Of a DNA stretch of 64,000 nucleotides, positions 24,929 to 39,968 are shown piece by piece. Origin of the DNA: Eledone cirrhosa. Lineage: Eukaryota. The position numbers and the translations under genes are program-made. A model generated the notes under the pieces. That model was not told the DNA's origin, made no database searches, and saw only the letters and a list, made by a program, of their open reading frames with translations. The stretch covers positions 48,546,001 to 48,610,000 of the forward strand of contig OZ024752.1 of NCBI GenBank assembly GCA_964016885.1, in the 5' to 3' direction. The number at the start of each line of letters is the position of its first letter. The first letter of the stretch is position 1.

Positions 24929-25077
24929 TAGACAGTTACTAAATACTTTACACCCCATTTTTTCTTTCATTACTTCCACCCACCCAGCAAGCCAACCCAA
25001 ACCACACATACACACACATACACACAACAAAAAGCACTACCCACAAGCTTAGTATTTACCGTGTATTTCATGGCAGC

Positions 25078-25690
25078 CTACACCACACCATGCTACACCA
25101 CACCACATCACACCATGCTACACTACACTATACCACACCACACTACAGCAAACCACACTATACCACCCTACACCACACCACACCTCACCACAGCCACACT
25201 ATACCCCACCACACCACACTACACTATACCACAGCACAAAATACCACACCACACCTCACTACATTACACCACACCACAGTACATCATACACCACACTACA
25301 CCACACTATACTATACCACACCACACTACACCACACTACACCACACCACCACATCACACTACACTACACTACACTATACCACACCACACTACACCACACC
25401 ACCACACCACACCACACCACACTACACCACACCACACCTCACTACACCACACCACACTACACCTCACCACACCACACTACACCACACTACACCACACTAC
25501 ACCACACTACACCACACCACACCACACCACACTACACCACACTACACCACACCACACCACACTATACCACACCACACCACACCGCACTACACCACACCAC
25601 ACCTCACCACACCACACTACACCACACCACCACACCACACTACACCACACCACACCACACCACATCACACTACACCACACCTCACCACCA
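25078..25690. repeat. (CACCA/CACTA)n pentanucleotide satellite
   Basis: Direct reading. Confidence 0.92.
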
Positions 25691-26044
25691 ATCACTAATC
25701 ATCAAGATATTCACCTCTCCCATACTTTTAGTAACATCTTTGACAAAAATTAATGTAAAAACCTAAGAATAAGTGATTTTTTTTTAATGAAAAAAAATTC
25801 CAACAAGAACCTCAAAAAACCATTTATTCTGTTCTTTTATTTGGAAAGAATTCGGTAGAAACATGGAACTTTTGATATCTTTCTTGTTTCAAAATAGTTT
25901 CTTCATTGTTTTTTTTTTCCTAGGTTTTTTTTTTTTTTTGAATTTCGGATAATTTCTTTTTTTATATTTTTTAGAAAGACTTAAATCTTATTTTTACATT
26001 TTTCATTAAAAAAATTTTATTTTTTTATTTTGCCTAATGATTTT

Positions 26045-26635
26045 GGTGTGTGTTGTGTGTGTGTAAGTATGTGTGTATGTGTAAGTATGTGTATGTATGT
26101 GTATGCGTGTTTGTGTGTTTATGTGTCTGTATGTATGTGTATGTGTGCGGTTGTGTGTAAGTGTGTGTATGCATGTGTTTGTGTGTTTATGTGTCTGTAT
26201 GTATGTGTATGTGTGCGGTTGTATGTGTGTATGTGTGTGTGTGTATGCATGTGTATGCGTGTTTGTGTGTTTGTGTGTCTGTATGTATGTGTATGTGTGC
26301 GGTTGTATGTGTGTGTATGTGTGCGGTTGTATGTGTGTGTGTGTGGTTGTAAGTGTGTGTGTGTGTGTATGTGTGTGTATGTATGTGCATGTGTATGCAT
26401 GTCTACGTATGTATGTGTATGTATGTGCATGTGTATGTATGTGTGTGGTCATATGTGGTGCATCGATGCGTTTGTATATGCATGCCTGTGTATGTGTGTG
26501 ATAACGTGTTTGTATGTATATGTGTATGTGCATGTGTGTGTGTGTGGTGTTGTATGAGTGCATCTATATATGTGTATGTGTGTGTCTATATATGTGAATA
26601 TGTATGTGTGTGTCTATGTATGTATATGTATGTGT
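26045..26635. repeat. (TG)n-rich compound repeat
   Basis: Direct reading. Confidence 0.88.
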
Positions 26636-26714
26636 CCGTAGGGGTCAGAGGTTGTTAGTTTGTTTTTATTTTTATTTTGTTTGTATTTTATTTTATTTTA
26701 TATATTTTTTTTTC

Positions 26715-27065
26715 AAATTTTTATATTATTTCTATTTTTCATTTTTTTTTAAATTTTATATTATTTCTATTTTTCATTTTTTTTTATTTTATATTATTTC
26801 TATTTTTCATTTTTTTTTAATTTTATATTATTTCTATTTTTCATTTTTTTTTATTTTATATTATTTCTATTTTTCATTTTTTTTTTATTTTATATTATTT
26901 CTATTTTTCATTTTTTTTTTATTTTATATTATTTCTATTTTTCATTTTTTTTTATTTTATATTATTTCTATTTTTCATTTTTTTTTTAAATTTTATATTT
27001 CTAATTTCCATTTTTTTTATTTTCAAATTTTTATTATTTCTATTTTTCATTTTTTTTTTAATTTT
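26715..27065. repeat. T-rich ~32-bp minisatellite (attttatattatttctatttttcattttttttt)
   Basis: About 10 tandem copies. Confidence 0.9.
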
Positions 27066-27475
27066 TATTTATTTTATACACACACATATATATATATATA
27101 TTTTTTTAAAATTTTGATTAAAGAAATCTTAACGGCTGACATAAACCACCACCAAAGCAAGAAGATTCTAATTGTAATAGCTGTTTCTCCAATTTGAAAA
27201 TGACACAACCATCTGTAATTTTTACCAACAAATGCTTGTGACACCCTATTTCCTACATGGATGATTTTGCTTTAATTATTAAATTAAACAAACGAACAAC
27301 TAAGTAAATAGATAAAACAAACAAACAACAACAACAACAACACACAAAGACAAACAATGAGAGAGATAATGAGGGTGATAAAGAGAGAGAGAGAGAGAGA
27401 GGTGGGGATGTGTGATAATGAGAGAGAAAGAGAGAAATGAGACAGAGAAAGAAATAACAAATTAGTAAACATACA

Positions 27476-27544
<69 letters not shown>

Positions 27545-27695
27545 TTATATATATATATAAATATACACATTCATATATATACATATATATATACAAATAT
27601 ACATATTTATATATATACACAAATATACATATTTATATATATACATACAAATATACATATTTATATATATATATATATATACATACAGATATACA

Positions 27696-27748
<53 letters not shown>

Positions 27749-27893
27749 TTATATATATAAATATACATATTCATATATATACATATATATATACAAATAT
27801 ACATATTTATATATATACACAAATATACATATTTATATATATACATACAAATATACATATTTATATATATATATACATACATACAGATATACA

Positions 27894-27933
<40 letters not shown>

Positions 27934-28000
27934 AATATACATATTTATATATATACATACATACAGATATACATATTTATATATATATATACATACATAC

Positions 28001-28030
<30 letters not shown>

Positions 28031-28033
<3 letters not shown>

Positions 28034-28207
28034 TAGGTTAATCCAGGTTGAATCGGAGGTAAGTAAGGTACTCAATACATAGCAGAGTATAACAGTTTTA
28101 ATATAGATGAGATTCTACAGGACTAGAACTGTTTCATTCTTGAGAAATCATCAGGAATCTGAAGAATGAAACAGTTCTAGTCCTGTAGAATCTCATCTAT
28201 ATTAAAA
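28031..28207. mobile_element. Family A fold-back element in (TA)n
   Basis: Inverted repeat ~28097-28207. Unique arm shared with 8710-8770. Confidence 0.78.
28110..28160 (-). ncRNA. Type I hammerhead family A, intact core, covariant helix I
   Basis: agattc-CTGATGA-tttc-tcaa-gaat-GAAA-cag-ttctagtc-ctg-TA-gaatct. Confidence 0.85.
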
Positions 28208-28247
<40 letters not shown>

Positions 28248-28338
28248 TTATTATTATTATTATTATTGTCATCGTTGGTGTTGTTATTCTTCTCTGTATT
28301 TGTTTGTTTCATAAGAACTGTCCGAAATTATTTATTAA

Positions 28339-28570
28339 AGGGCGGTGGATTGGCAGTATCGGTAGAGAGTCGGACGCCATGCTTTGCAGCATAGAGTTAC
28401 ACCCCTTTATGATCTGAGTTCAAATCCCGCGCCGAGGTTAACTTTGCCTTTCATCCTTATGGGGTCGATAAAATAAACTACCGGTCACGCACTGGGGTCG
28501 ATTTAATCGACTTTCCCCTCCCCCAAATTACTGGCCTTGTGCCTATATAAGAAACCATTATTATTATTAC
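28339..28570 (+). mobile_element. Meta-like SINE, long variant
   Basis: Family consensus plus extra gtcgatttaatcgactttcccctcccccaaa segment. Confidence 0.9.
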
Positions 28571-28576
28571 TCTTTA

Positions 28577-28656
28577 CTTTTCATCCTTACGGGGTCGATA
28601 AAATAAAGTACCAGTAATACACTGGGTATTTGCTAAAGTAGAAACAATTATTATTA
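28577..28656 (+). mobile_element. 5'-truncated Meta-like SINE with 17-bp TSD
   Basis: attattattactcttta at 28560-28576 and 28647-28663. Confidence 0.8.
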
Positions 28657-28995
28657 CTCTTTAAGTCTCAGTCATTGATGTTATTTAACTGGAAAGTTTG
28701 TTCAAATGAAACATCAAGCCGCTACCTGCAGCCAGCCTCAGATATTCAGGACGTTTCGGAGGGTTGTTGCTGTTCCCAGCAAGCATGCCTTATGAAGTGT
28801 TCCAAAAAACGGAGCTGGACTAATCTTCTTTAACCATCCTTGAAAACCCTTTGAGATAGTACCTAGTGTTCCTATGACAATCGGGACGACCTTGATCACA
28901 TGACAGCCCCAAATCCTTTTTAACTCCCACTTAAATCCTGGTATCAGTTAATTTTCTCCTTCTCCTTTTCTTGCACTCTCGTATCAAATGGCCCA
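28657..28995 (-). mobile_element. R4/Dong-like LINE 3' end, same subfamily as 1651-2403
   Basis: Reverse complement aligns to ~2045-2380 (endonuclease C-terminus and 3' UTR catcaatgactgagact). Confidence 0.9.
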
Positions 28996-29089
28996 CCTGG
29001 TATTTTACCCCACCCTTTCTAATATACATACATATATATATAATATTAACAATATTAATAAATAGAAAATATCTCTATAATACCATATT

Positions 29090-29149
29090 TATTTTATTAT
29101 ACGTATTTCAACGACACAAAATTTTAGTGTGCTTTCATCAGATAAAATA
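29090..29149 (-). ncRNA. Minimal hammerhead family C
   Basis: tattttat-CTGATGA-aagcacac...gtgtcgtt-GAAA-t-acgt-ATA-ataaaata. Confidence 0.78.
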
Positions 29150-29332
29150 TAATATTTAGTGTTAAGATATTGACATACCTTAGCGTAGACTTAATATAGT
29201 ATAAGCTCACTAACGTTAGTGAGGTAATATTAATAATACTCCAGATAAATCCGTAGAGTGCTTCAAATCTGTTATAAAATTAACTTTGTTGAATGGTAAT
29301 CAATAAACCATATAACTCATTGTTTATATATA

Positions 29333-29572
29333 TCATCATCATCATCGTTGAACATCTATCTTCCATGCTAGCATGGGTTAGATGGGAGTTGTCTCACTTG
29401 AAGCAAGATTGGTTGGGTGACCGTGTCTCGCTCATATTGGACTATCTGGCAGGTTTTCTATGGTTGGATGCCCTTCCTACCATTTACAGTGTGGACTAGG
29501 AGCTTTTTACCGTGTTACCTACACAACCACATTACAGCGTGGACTGTGTGTTTTTTTGTCATGACACCTACA
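29333..29572 (-). mobile_element. V-like/RTE-tail SINE-like element
   Basis: Similar to 23385-23660. Confidence 0.8.
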
Positions 29573-29657
29573 TATACATATATATATATGCGGTCATGTA
29601 CATCAGAGCATATATACATATGTATAAATATATGTATATATAAATGTATATATATGT

Positions 29658-29960
29658 TTGCAAGGGTGGGACGGGAACTGATTCTGGCTTGATTTCTACA
29701 GCTGGATGCCCTTCCTAACACCAACCTCACTTACAGTGAGTGCTGGGTGCTTTTTTGCCGTGGCACCTCCACGACCACTTTGCAGTGGAATGATAGGGAC
29801 CGCAGTCCCTATCATCTCATTTCTACAGCTGAGTAAACTGGAGCAATGTGAAATAAAGTGTCTTGCTCAAGGAAACAACACATCACCCGGTCTGAGAATT
29901 GAACTCACAACCTTTCGATTGCAAGGCCAATGCTCTAACCACTAAGCCATGTGCCTCCAT
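29658..29960 (-). mobile_element. Composite tRNA-CORE-V-RTE SINE (tail clipped)
   Basis: Reverse complement of 43605-43946. Confidence 0.9.
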
Positions 29961-30203
29961 AGTGTATATATATATACACAGTAGAACGAATAAATAAGCT
30001 GACAATGAGAGTACGCATGAAAAACACTGATGGATAAAAAGACTTGGCAGACATGTTGGGCATGATGTAGACATTTTAGATGGATAACTAACTACCAGAT
30101 GAAATTTCATATAATGACAACACACACAAAGATAAACACGAAAAAATATCAAAGAAAAAGCAACAACAAGAGAAAATTTGAACAAATAACATCATATCAA
30201 ATA

Positions 30204-30268
<65 letters not shown>

Positions 30269-30530
30269 TCAAACATATATTAAAAGCTGATTCTACATAC
30301 TGATCAATCAAAATAGAAAAATATAATAGATCAGAGAGAAGGAAACCAGATGAAGAGGTGAGGTAGAAAGCCAAATTAAACCGCAGATATCATCATTTAT
30401 CATAGAATATCATAGATGCCTTAATATTTATTTTAAATCGTTATTCTTTAAGATGCAAACATAAATTACAGCTTTCAAAAAGGAGAGAAGAAGAGCACAT
30501 CACAAACATTAAAGTAAATAAAAGAGAATG

Positions 30531-30561
<31 letters not shown>

Positions 30562-30739
30562 TCATAGATACTTATGTGTATTTACAAAATATATATACAA
30601 AAATCTCTTTATGGAATCCTAAAAACATATCTATAACTGTAAATATAATTATAAACATAATTTTATATACACACATATCTACATAAGTGTATTGATAGAC
30701 AAACTTTCATACGTAGGTATTCATATATAAATATACATT

Positions 30740-30819
<80 letters not shown>

Positions 30820-31244
30820 TATATAAATATATATATGTATATATATATAGATATATATATAAATATATGTATATATATACATATATATATATATATGTAT
30901 GTATGTCTATATGTAAGTTTGTGTGAATATGTATGTATATATCGATAAATAAATAGAAAGTGCATGTATGAATATATATATATATATATATATATGCATA
31001 GATTTTTCTGAAGTTAATTCAAAACTTTATTCCAAGGCTGAAAGGGCCATTACGTGTGTTTAAGAACCAAGATCAAACATAATACATGCACACACACTCC
31101 CACACATACACTCACACACACATACACTCCCACACACACACACTCCCACACATACAGTCACACACACACTCAATCATTGCTTCAATAAGCTATTTGCATA
31201 GTTTATACATAATAGATAATACCTACATACACACACACACATAT

Positions 31245-31355
31245 ATATATGGATATATATATGTATGTTTGATTATATATATATATAATCAAAATTAAAA
31301 GGCAGATATATATATATATATATTACACATTCATGTATGTATCTTTGTTTTTGAG

Positions 31356-31399
<44 letters not shown>

Positions 31400-31447
31400 C
31401 ATATATATATACATATATACATATATATATGGATATAAGTATGTTTG

Positions 31448-31489
<42 letters not shown>

Positions 31490-31561
31490 CAAAATTAAAA
31501 GGCAGATATATATATATATATATTACACATTCATGTATGTATCTTTGTTTTTGAGTATATA

Positions 31562-31611
<50 letters not shown>

Positions 31612-31653
31612 TATATACATATATACATATATATATGGATATAAGTATGTTTG

Positions 31654-31709
<56 letters not shown>

Positions 31710-31777
31710 CAAAATTAAAAGGCAGATATATATATATATATTACACATTCATGTATGTATCTTTGTTTTTGAGTATA

Positions 31778-31827
<50 letters not shown>

Positions 31828-31869
31828 TATATACATATATACATATATATATGGATATAAGTATGTTTG

Positions 31870-31925
<56 letters not shown>

Positions 31926-31988
31926 CAAAATTAAAAGGCAGATATATATATATATATTACACATACATGTATGTATCTTTGTTTTTGA

Positions 31989-32035
<47 letters not shown>

Positions 32036-32071
32036 CATATATATATACATATATATATATGTATATATGTA

Positions 32072-32116
<45 letters not shown>

Positions 32117-32125
32117 ATATATGCA
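31245..32125. repeat. Four tandem ~200-220-bp units containing variable (TA)n tracts
   Basis: aatcaaaattaaaaggcaga...catgtatgtatctttgtttttgag recurs near 31287, 31487, 31707 and 31923. Confidence 0.9.
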
Positions 32126-32317
32126 TATAGGTATGTTTGATTTCATGCTACATTGTCATTAATATAAACAATTCTTATCTATGCACACAAAAACATTAGG
32201 CAATATACATATGGAGTATGTAAATTAAAGAAAGGGTTAGGGCTGGGGACGACCAGAGGAAGATTCGCTAGTTAATGTTAGTGGGGTGGTAGGTGGCACT
32301 GGGAGGACATGGCTAGC

Positions 32318-32952
32318 AATGATGATGGTGGTGGTGGTGGTGGAGATGGTGGCGGCGATGGTGGTGGTGGTGGAGATGGTGGTGGTGGTGATGGAGATGG
32401 TGATAGTGGTGGTGGTGGTGGAGATGGTGGTGGTGGTGGAGATGGTGGTGGTGGTGGAGATGGTGGTGGTGGTGGTGGAGATGGTGGTGGTGGTGGTGGA
32501 GATGGTGGTGGTGGTGGTGGAGATGGTGGTGGTGGTGGAGATGGTGGTGATGGTGGTGGTGGTGGTGGAGATGGCAGTGGTGGTGGAGATGGTGGTGATG
32601 GTGGTGGTGGTGGTGGAGATGGTGGTGGTGATGGTGGAGATGGCAGTGGTGGTGGAGATGGTGGTGGAGATGGTGATGATGGTGGAGAAGGTGATGGTGG
32701 TGGAGATGGTGGTGGGTGGAGATGGTGATGATGGTGGTGGTGGTGGTGGTGATGGTGGTGGTGGCAGTGGTGGTGGAGATGGTGATAGTGGTGGTGGTGG
32801 AGATAGTGATGGTGGTGGCAGTGGTGGTGGTGATGGTGGTGGGGATGGTAATGGTAATGGTGGCAGTGATGGTGGTGGCGATGGTGGTGGTGATGGTGGT
32901 GGCGATGGTGGTGGTGATGGTGGTGTGGTGGTGGTGTTGACGGTGGTGGTGT
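32318..32952. repeat. (GGT)n repeat interrupted by GAGAT
   Basis: Direct reading. Confidence 0.92.
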
Positions 32953-33095
32953 GTGAGAGAGAAATATATGCTAATTATGATTATCTACACATGAACAATG
33001 GTTTGTTAAGACATTCTATAAATGAAATTGGTTGTTGATAGCATTACCACACACTTCTTGTCAAAGAATGTTTAATCAACTTGCACATGTGAAAT

Positions 33096-34085
33096 TGTGT
33101 GTCTGTGTGTGTATAGATGTGTGTCTGTGTGTGTATAGATGTGTGTCTGTGTGTGTATAGATGTGTGTATGTATAAATGTGTGTCTGTGTGTGTATAGAT
33201 GTGTGTCTGTGTGTGTATAGATGTGTGTCTGTGTGTGTATAGATGTGTGTCTGTGTGTGTATAGATGTGTGTCTGTGTGTGTATAAATGTGTGTCTGTGT
33301 GTGTGTATAGATGTGTGTCTGTGTGTGTATACATGTGTGTATGTGTGTGTATAGATGTGTGTCTGTGTGTGTATAGATGTGTGTCTGTGTGTGTATAGAT
33401 GTGTGTATGTGTGTGTATAGATGTGTGTATGTGTGTGTATAGATGTGTGTCTGTGTGTGTATAGATGTGTCTCTGTGTGTGTATAGATGTGTGTCTGTGT
33501 GTGTATAAATGTGTGTCTGTGTGTGTATAGATGTGTGTCTGTGTGTGTATAGATGTGTCTGTGTGTGTATAGATGTGTGTATGTGTGTGTATAGATGTGT
33601 GTCTGTGTGTGTATAGATGTGTGTCTGTGTGTGTATAGATGTGTGTCTGTGTGTGTATAAATGTGTGTCTGTGTGTGTGTATAGATGTGTGTATGTGACT
33701 GTATAGATGTGTGTATGTGTGTGTATAGATGTGTGTATGTGTGTGTATAGATGTGTGTCTGTGTGTGTATAGATGTGTCTCTGTGTGTGTATAGATGTGT
33801 GTATGTGTGTGTATAGATGTGTGTCTGTGTGTGTATAGATGTGTCTCTGTGTGTGTATAGATGTGTGTCTGTGTGTGTATAAATGTGTGTCTGTGTGTGT
33901 ATAGATGTGTGTCTGTGTGTGTATAGATGTGTCTGTGTGTGTATAGATGTGTGTATGTGTGTGTATAGATGTGTGTATGTGTGTGTATAGATGTGTGTAT
34001 GTGTGTGTATAGATGTGTGTCTGCGTGTGTATAGATGTGTGTCTGTGTGTGTATAGATGTGTGTATATGGATGTATAGATGTGTG
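33096..34085. repeat. 22-bp minisatellite gtgtgtctgtgtgtgtatagat, ~45 copies
   Basis: Direct reading; period 22. Confidence 0.95.
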
Positions 34086-34337
34086 TATATGTCTGTATAT
34101 GTATATATATGTGTGTATGTGTTTGCATGTATATATGTATATATATATGTGTCTGTATATGTATGCATATGTGTGTGACTGTATATATATATGAGTATGT
34201 CTGCATATGTATATATGTGTGTTTGTGTATATATATATATGTGCCATTGTATATCTATATATGTGTGTATATGTATATATGTGTGTCTGTATATGTATAT
34301 GTGTGTTTGTATATGTATCTATATATATGTGTTTGTG

Positions 34338-34416
<79 letters not shown>

Positions 34417-34537
34417 TATATATATATGTGTGTGTGTCACTGTATAACTATATATGTGTGTATATGTATATATGTGTGTATGAGAGTATCAATGAGGGTC
34501 ATGAGACAGGTAGATAGATAGTAAGGTAGATAGAAAG

Positions 34538-34615
<78 letters not shown>

Positions 34616-34800
34616 AGAGAGAGAGAGTGAAGTACTTTCTTTTCACCATGTTTAACAAATGAGACATAAATGTCAAGTCAAATGAAATTACTCATATCAT
34701 GGGTGTATATATATTATATACACATACACACACACATATATATATATATATAAATATATATATTCTATATATATATATATATATATATAAATATATATAT

Positions 34801-34888
<88 letters not shown>

Positions 34889-35043
34889 CATGTATATATA
34901 TACATTCGTATTCACTTACATATGTAAGTGAATATGTGTATACATGTATATATGTATATATATGAGTATGAGCTTGTGTATGTATGTTTGTTCATAAATA
35001 TGTCTATATGTACACATATAGACACACACCCACACACACACAT

Positions 35044-35102
<59 letters not shown>

Positions 35103-35601
35103 GATATATATATATATATGATATGCACATTATAATTCAATATAGAAGTATATGTATGTGCTTGAATGAATTTTATGCACATTTGTTCAGGCGTATAGAC
35201 ATACATTACTTTTTATATATATTCATATATATATATATATTTATTTAAATTTATAAATATATAAACATATATATATATATATACACATATACACAGACAC
35301 ACATATACATATATAAACACGTATATTGTTTTTTACATAAACATATACTCATTTGATACACTCAAGAGCCTTTTACAGATGTGAAAGCTCAATTAGATGC
35401 GTACTAAAACTATATATTTAAATCCACTTAAATGCAGATTTAAATATATTTTCAATGAAAATAGATATTCTTATATTTTATGGCAAACAAGACACTTTCT
35501 TTACCATTCTCTCATTCTCTATTGCCGACACTCCAGTACAAACACACACAACATATATATATATATATATGTGTGTATGTGTGTGTGTGTATATATATAT
35601 G

Positions 35602-35695
<94 letters not shown>

Positions 35696-35885
35696 TAATA
35701 TATATATATATACATTTATTTATATATATATATATATACATATATATAATACATATATATATACATATATATATACATATATAATATACATATATTTATA
35801 TATTTATACATATATATATACATATATATATACATATATATACATATATATAGATATACATATATATACGCATATATATACATAT

Positions 35886-35917
<32 letters not shown>

Positions 35918-35955
35918 GATGTGTGCTTGTATATGTATGTATATATATGTTTTGT

Positions 35956-36006
<51 letters not shown>

Positions 36007-36116
36007 TTATTATGAAGTATATATATATGTCTATTATGTATATATATATATGTTTATTATGTATATATATATGTTTATTAAGTATGTAGATTTATATGTT
36101 TATTAAGTATATAAAC

Positions 36117-36175
<59 letters not shown>

Positions 36176-36245
36176 CACATATATATATGCACATACTTAC
36201 ACGCACACATATATATATGTGTGTATGTATCTAAGTGTATGCATA

Positions 36246-36299
<54 letters not shown>

Positions 36300-36327
36300 A
36301 ATGTATATATATAAATGTATATATATT

Positions 36328-36397
<70 letters not shown>

Positions 36398-36613
36398 TTG
36401 AATAAACAAAGTGAAGAAAAGTCCTCAATATATGTGGTAGAGTTTATTTCTTTGAAACTGATAATACAGAGTGTCTCAACTCAGAGTTTCGTCAGCTGAG
36501 TACAGCAATGAAGGGACACACACATATGACAAACTCATATTTGTGTATATACACATATGTATATGTGTATATACATGTGTATATGTATATATACATGTGT
36601 GTGTGTATTTATA

Positions 36614-36652
<39 letters not shown>

Positions 36653-36660
36653 GCACACAG

Positions 36661-36710
<50 letters not shown>

Positions 36711-36766
36711 TCATCATCACCACCATTTTTATGTCCATTTTTCCATGGGTTTTATATATATATATT

Positions 36767-36831
<65 letters not shown>

Positions 36832-36874
36832 ACATATATATATATCTATATATATCTGTATGTATACATATATA

Positions 36875-36924
<50 letters not shown>

Positions 36925-36995
36925 CATATTTATATTTACATATATATATATACATACATATATATATACATATTTTTATTTACATAAATATATAT

Positions 36996-37058
<63 letters not shown>

Positions 37059-37103
37059 CATATATATATTTACATATATATATATATACATTTATATATA
37101 TTT

Positions 37104-37147
<44 letters not shown>

Positions 37148-37327
37148 GTATATATATGTATATATATATATATATATACATATATATATAGTATGCTGGT
37201 ATACAAGCATGCATATCTATATGTGCGTGTGTGTGTGTGGACATGCTTCCTAGAGTATGTGTATGTATGTCTGATTGTTATCTGTCTCAATGATTGTCAT
37301 TGTAGTAATTATTGTCCTCATCACATT

Positions 37328-37483
37328 AAACATCATCATCATCATCATCATCATAAACATCATCATCATCATCACCATAAACATCATCATCATCATCATC
37401 ATCATAAACATCATCATCATCATCATCATAAACATCATCATCATCATCACCATAAACATCATCATCATCATCATCATCATAAA

Positions 37484-37525
<42 letters not shown>

Positions 37526-37582
37526 AAACATCATCATCATCATCATCATCATCACCATAAACATCATCATCATCATCATCAT
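37328..37582. repeat. (CAT)n repeat punctuated by AAA
   Basis: Direct reading. Confidence 0.92.
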
Positions 37583-37673
37583 AGCACTCAAAGCCATGAT
37601 TGCCATCATTATCATCATCACCTTTATATTTCAACCACCATATTTCCTTGTTGGGATGGGCTGGATGGTGGTG

Positions 37674-37738
<65 letters not shown>

Positions 37739-37799
37739 TATATATATATACATGTATATATATATATATATATATAATATATATATACATATAATATAT

Positions 37800-37830
<31 letters not shown>

Positions 37831-37861
37831 CATATATACAATATATATACATATAATATAT

Positions 37862-37905
<44 letters not shown>

Positions 37906-37953
37906 TATATATACATGTATATATATATATATATATATGATATATATACATGC

Positions 37954-37993
<40 letters not shown>

Positions 37994-38114
37994 CATATAA
38001 TATATAATATATACATTTATATATGTGAGTACCTACATATATACACACGTTTATGTGTGTGTATGTATGTAGATAATGATGTGAGTACTTATACATATAC
38101 ACACATGAATATGC

Positions 38115-38187
<73 letters not shown>

Positions 38188-38949
38188 TGTTTGGTGTTAA
38201 TAATAATGATACAAGTTATAATGAATATAAATATATGTAAAAAAAAAAAAAACTATACAAAAGAAGGAGAAACATTAAATGGAAATGGCATGTATATAGA
38301 AGACTATATACTTATACACACATATATACACACATATATACACACACATATATACACACACATATATACATATATATATAGAGAGAGAGTATATCCATAC
38401 AGAGGCACATAAGCATATCTCTCTCTCTCTATATATATATATACACATACTTTTATGCTTCTATATGCATATATTATAAATATATATATATGAATATATG
38501 TGTGTGAGTGTGTGTATATATATATATATATATAATGTGTGTGTAATGCATATATTATAAATATATATATATGTATATGAATATATGTGTGTGAGTGTGT
38601 GTATATATATATATATATAATGTGTGTGTGTGTATATATATATAATGTGTGTGTAATGCATATATTATAAATATATATATATGTGTATATGAATATATGT
38701 GTGTAAGTGTGTGTATATATATATATATATAATGTGTGTGTGTATATATATATGTGTGTGTAATGCATATATTATAAATATATATATGTATATGAATATA
38801 TGTGTGTGTTTGTGAGTGTGTGTATATATATATATATATAATATGTGTATGTATATATATATATAATGTGTGTGTATATATATATAATGTATATATATAT
38901 ATATATAATATGTGTATGTATATATATATATAATGTGTGTGTATATATA

Positions 38950-38992
<43 letters not shown>

Positions 38993-39456
38993 GTGTATGT
39001 ATATATATATATATGTGTGTGTATATATATATAATATGTATATATATATATATATAATATGTGTATGTATATATATATAATGTGTGTGTATATATATATT
39101 AAAAAATGGACAAGAAAATATAATTAAGGATATAAAACTTTAAATATAGGCTTTAATATTAAAAATTACGAAAGATAAGCAGTAGGCTCTGGTTTCATAC
39201 GATATCTTGAGCCTCTTTCACCTCATCGTAATCACACAGACTGGTATAGAGTTCATTAGGCTGGCAATGCTGTCTCTTGAAACCCTTTCATTAGCTTGGA
39301 TGGAAATCAATAAAAATGGTAAAAGGATGGGAAGATGATGGTGGTGGTGGTGGTGGTGGTGGTGACGATGGTGGCGATGATGGTGAAGATGGTGGTGGGA
39401 TAGAGAGAGAGAGGGGGGCGCGGGGCGATGATGATGATGATGATGATGAAGATAGT

Positions 39457-39459
<3 letters not shown>

Positions 39460-39493
<34 letters not shown>

Positions 39494-39968
39494 AATAGAG
39501 TATGAGGAAATATGAAGAGAAAGAGAGGGTTACAGAGAGCAAGTAGATATATATAGAGAGAGAGGGAGGCAAGAGAGACACGGAGAGAGAGAGAGAGAGA
39601 GGAAGAGAGAGAGTATGAGGAAATATGAAGAGAAAGAAAGGGTTACAGAGAGAAAGTAGATAGATAGAGAGAGAGAGGGATGCAAGAGAGACAGAGAGAG
39701 AGGGGAAGAGGGAGGGAGAGAGAGAGTATGAGGAAATATGAAGAGAAAGAGAGGGGTTAGAGAAAGTAGATATATATAGAGAGGGAGAGAGAGAGAGAGA
39801 AGGGTGTGAGAGACAGAGAGAGAGAGAAGGGTGTGAGAGACAGAGAGAGAGAGAGAGCGTAGATAGGGGGAGAGAGTAGATAGGGTGAGCAAGAGAGGGG
39901 GAGAGAGTAGATAGGTGAGAGAGACAGAGAGAGAGAGAGTAGACAGGTGAGAGAGAGAGAGAGAGAGA
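39460..39968. repeat. GA-rich tract with three ~115-bp units (gagtatgaggaaatatgaagagaaag...)
   Basis: Motif recurs near 39498, 39611 and 39724. Confidence 0.85.

Noticed and set aside
36430-36505. Minus-strand CTGACGAAAC flanked by ctcag/ctgag
   Set aside because: No helix II or III can be drawn; at most a collapsed remnant.
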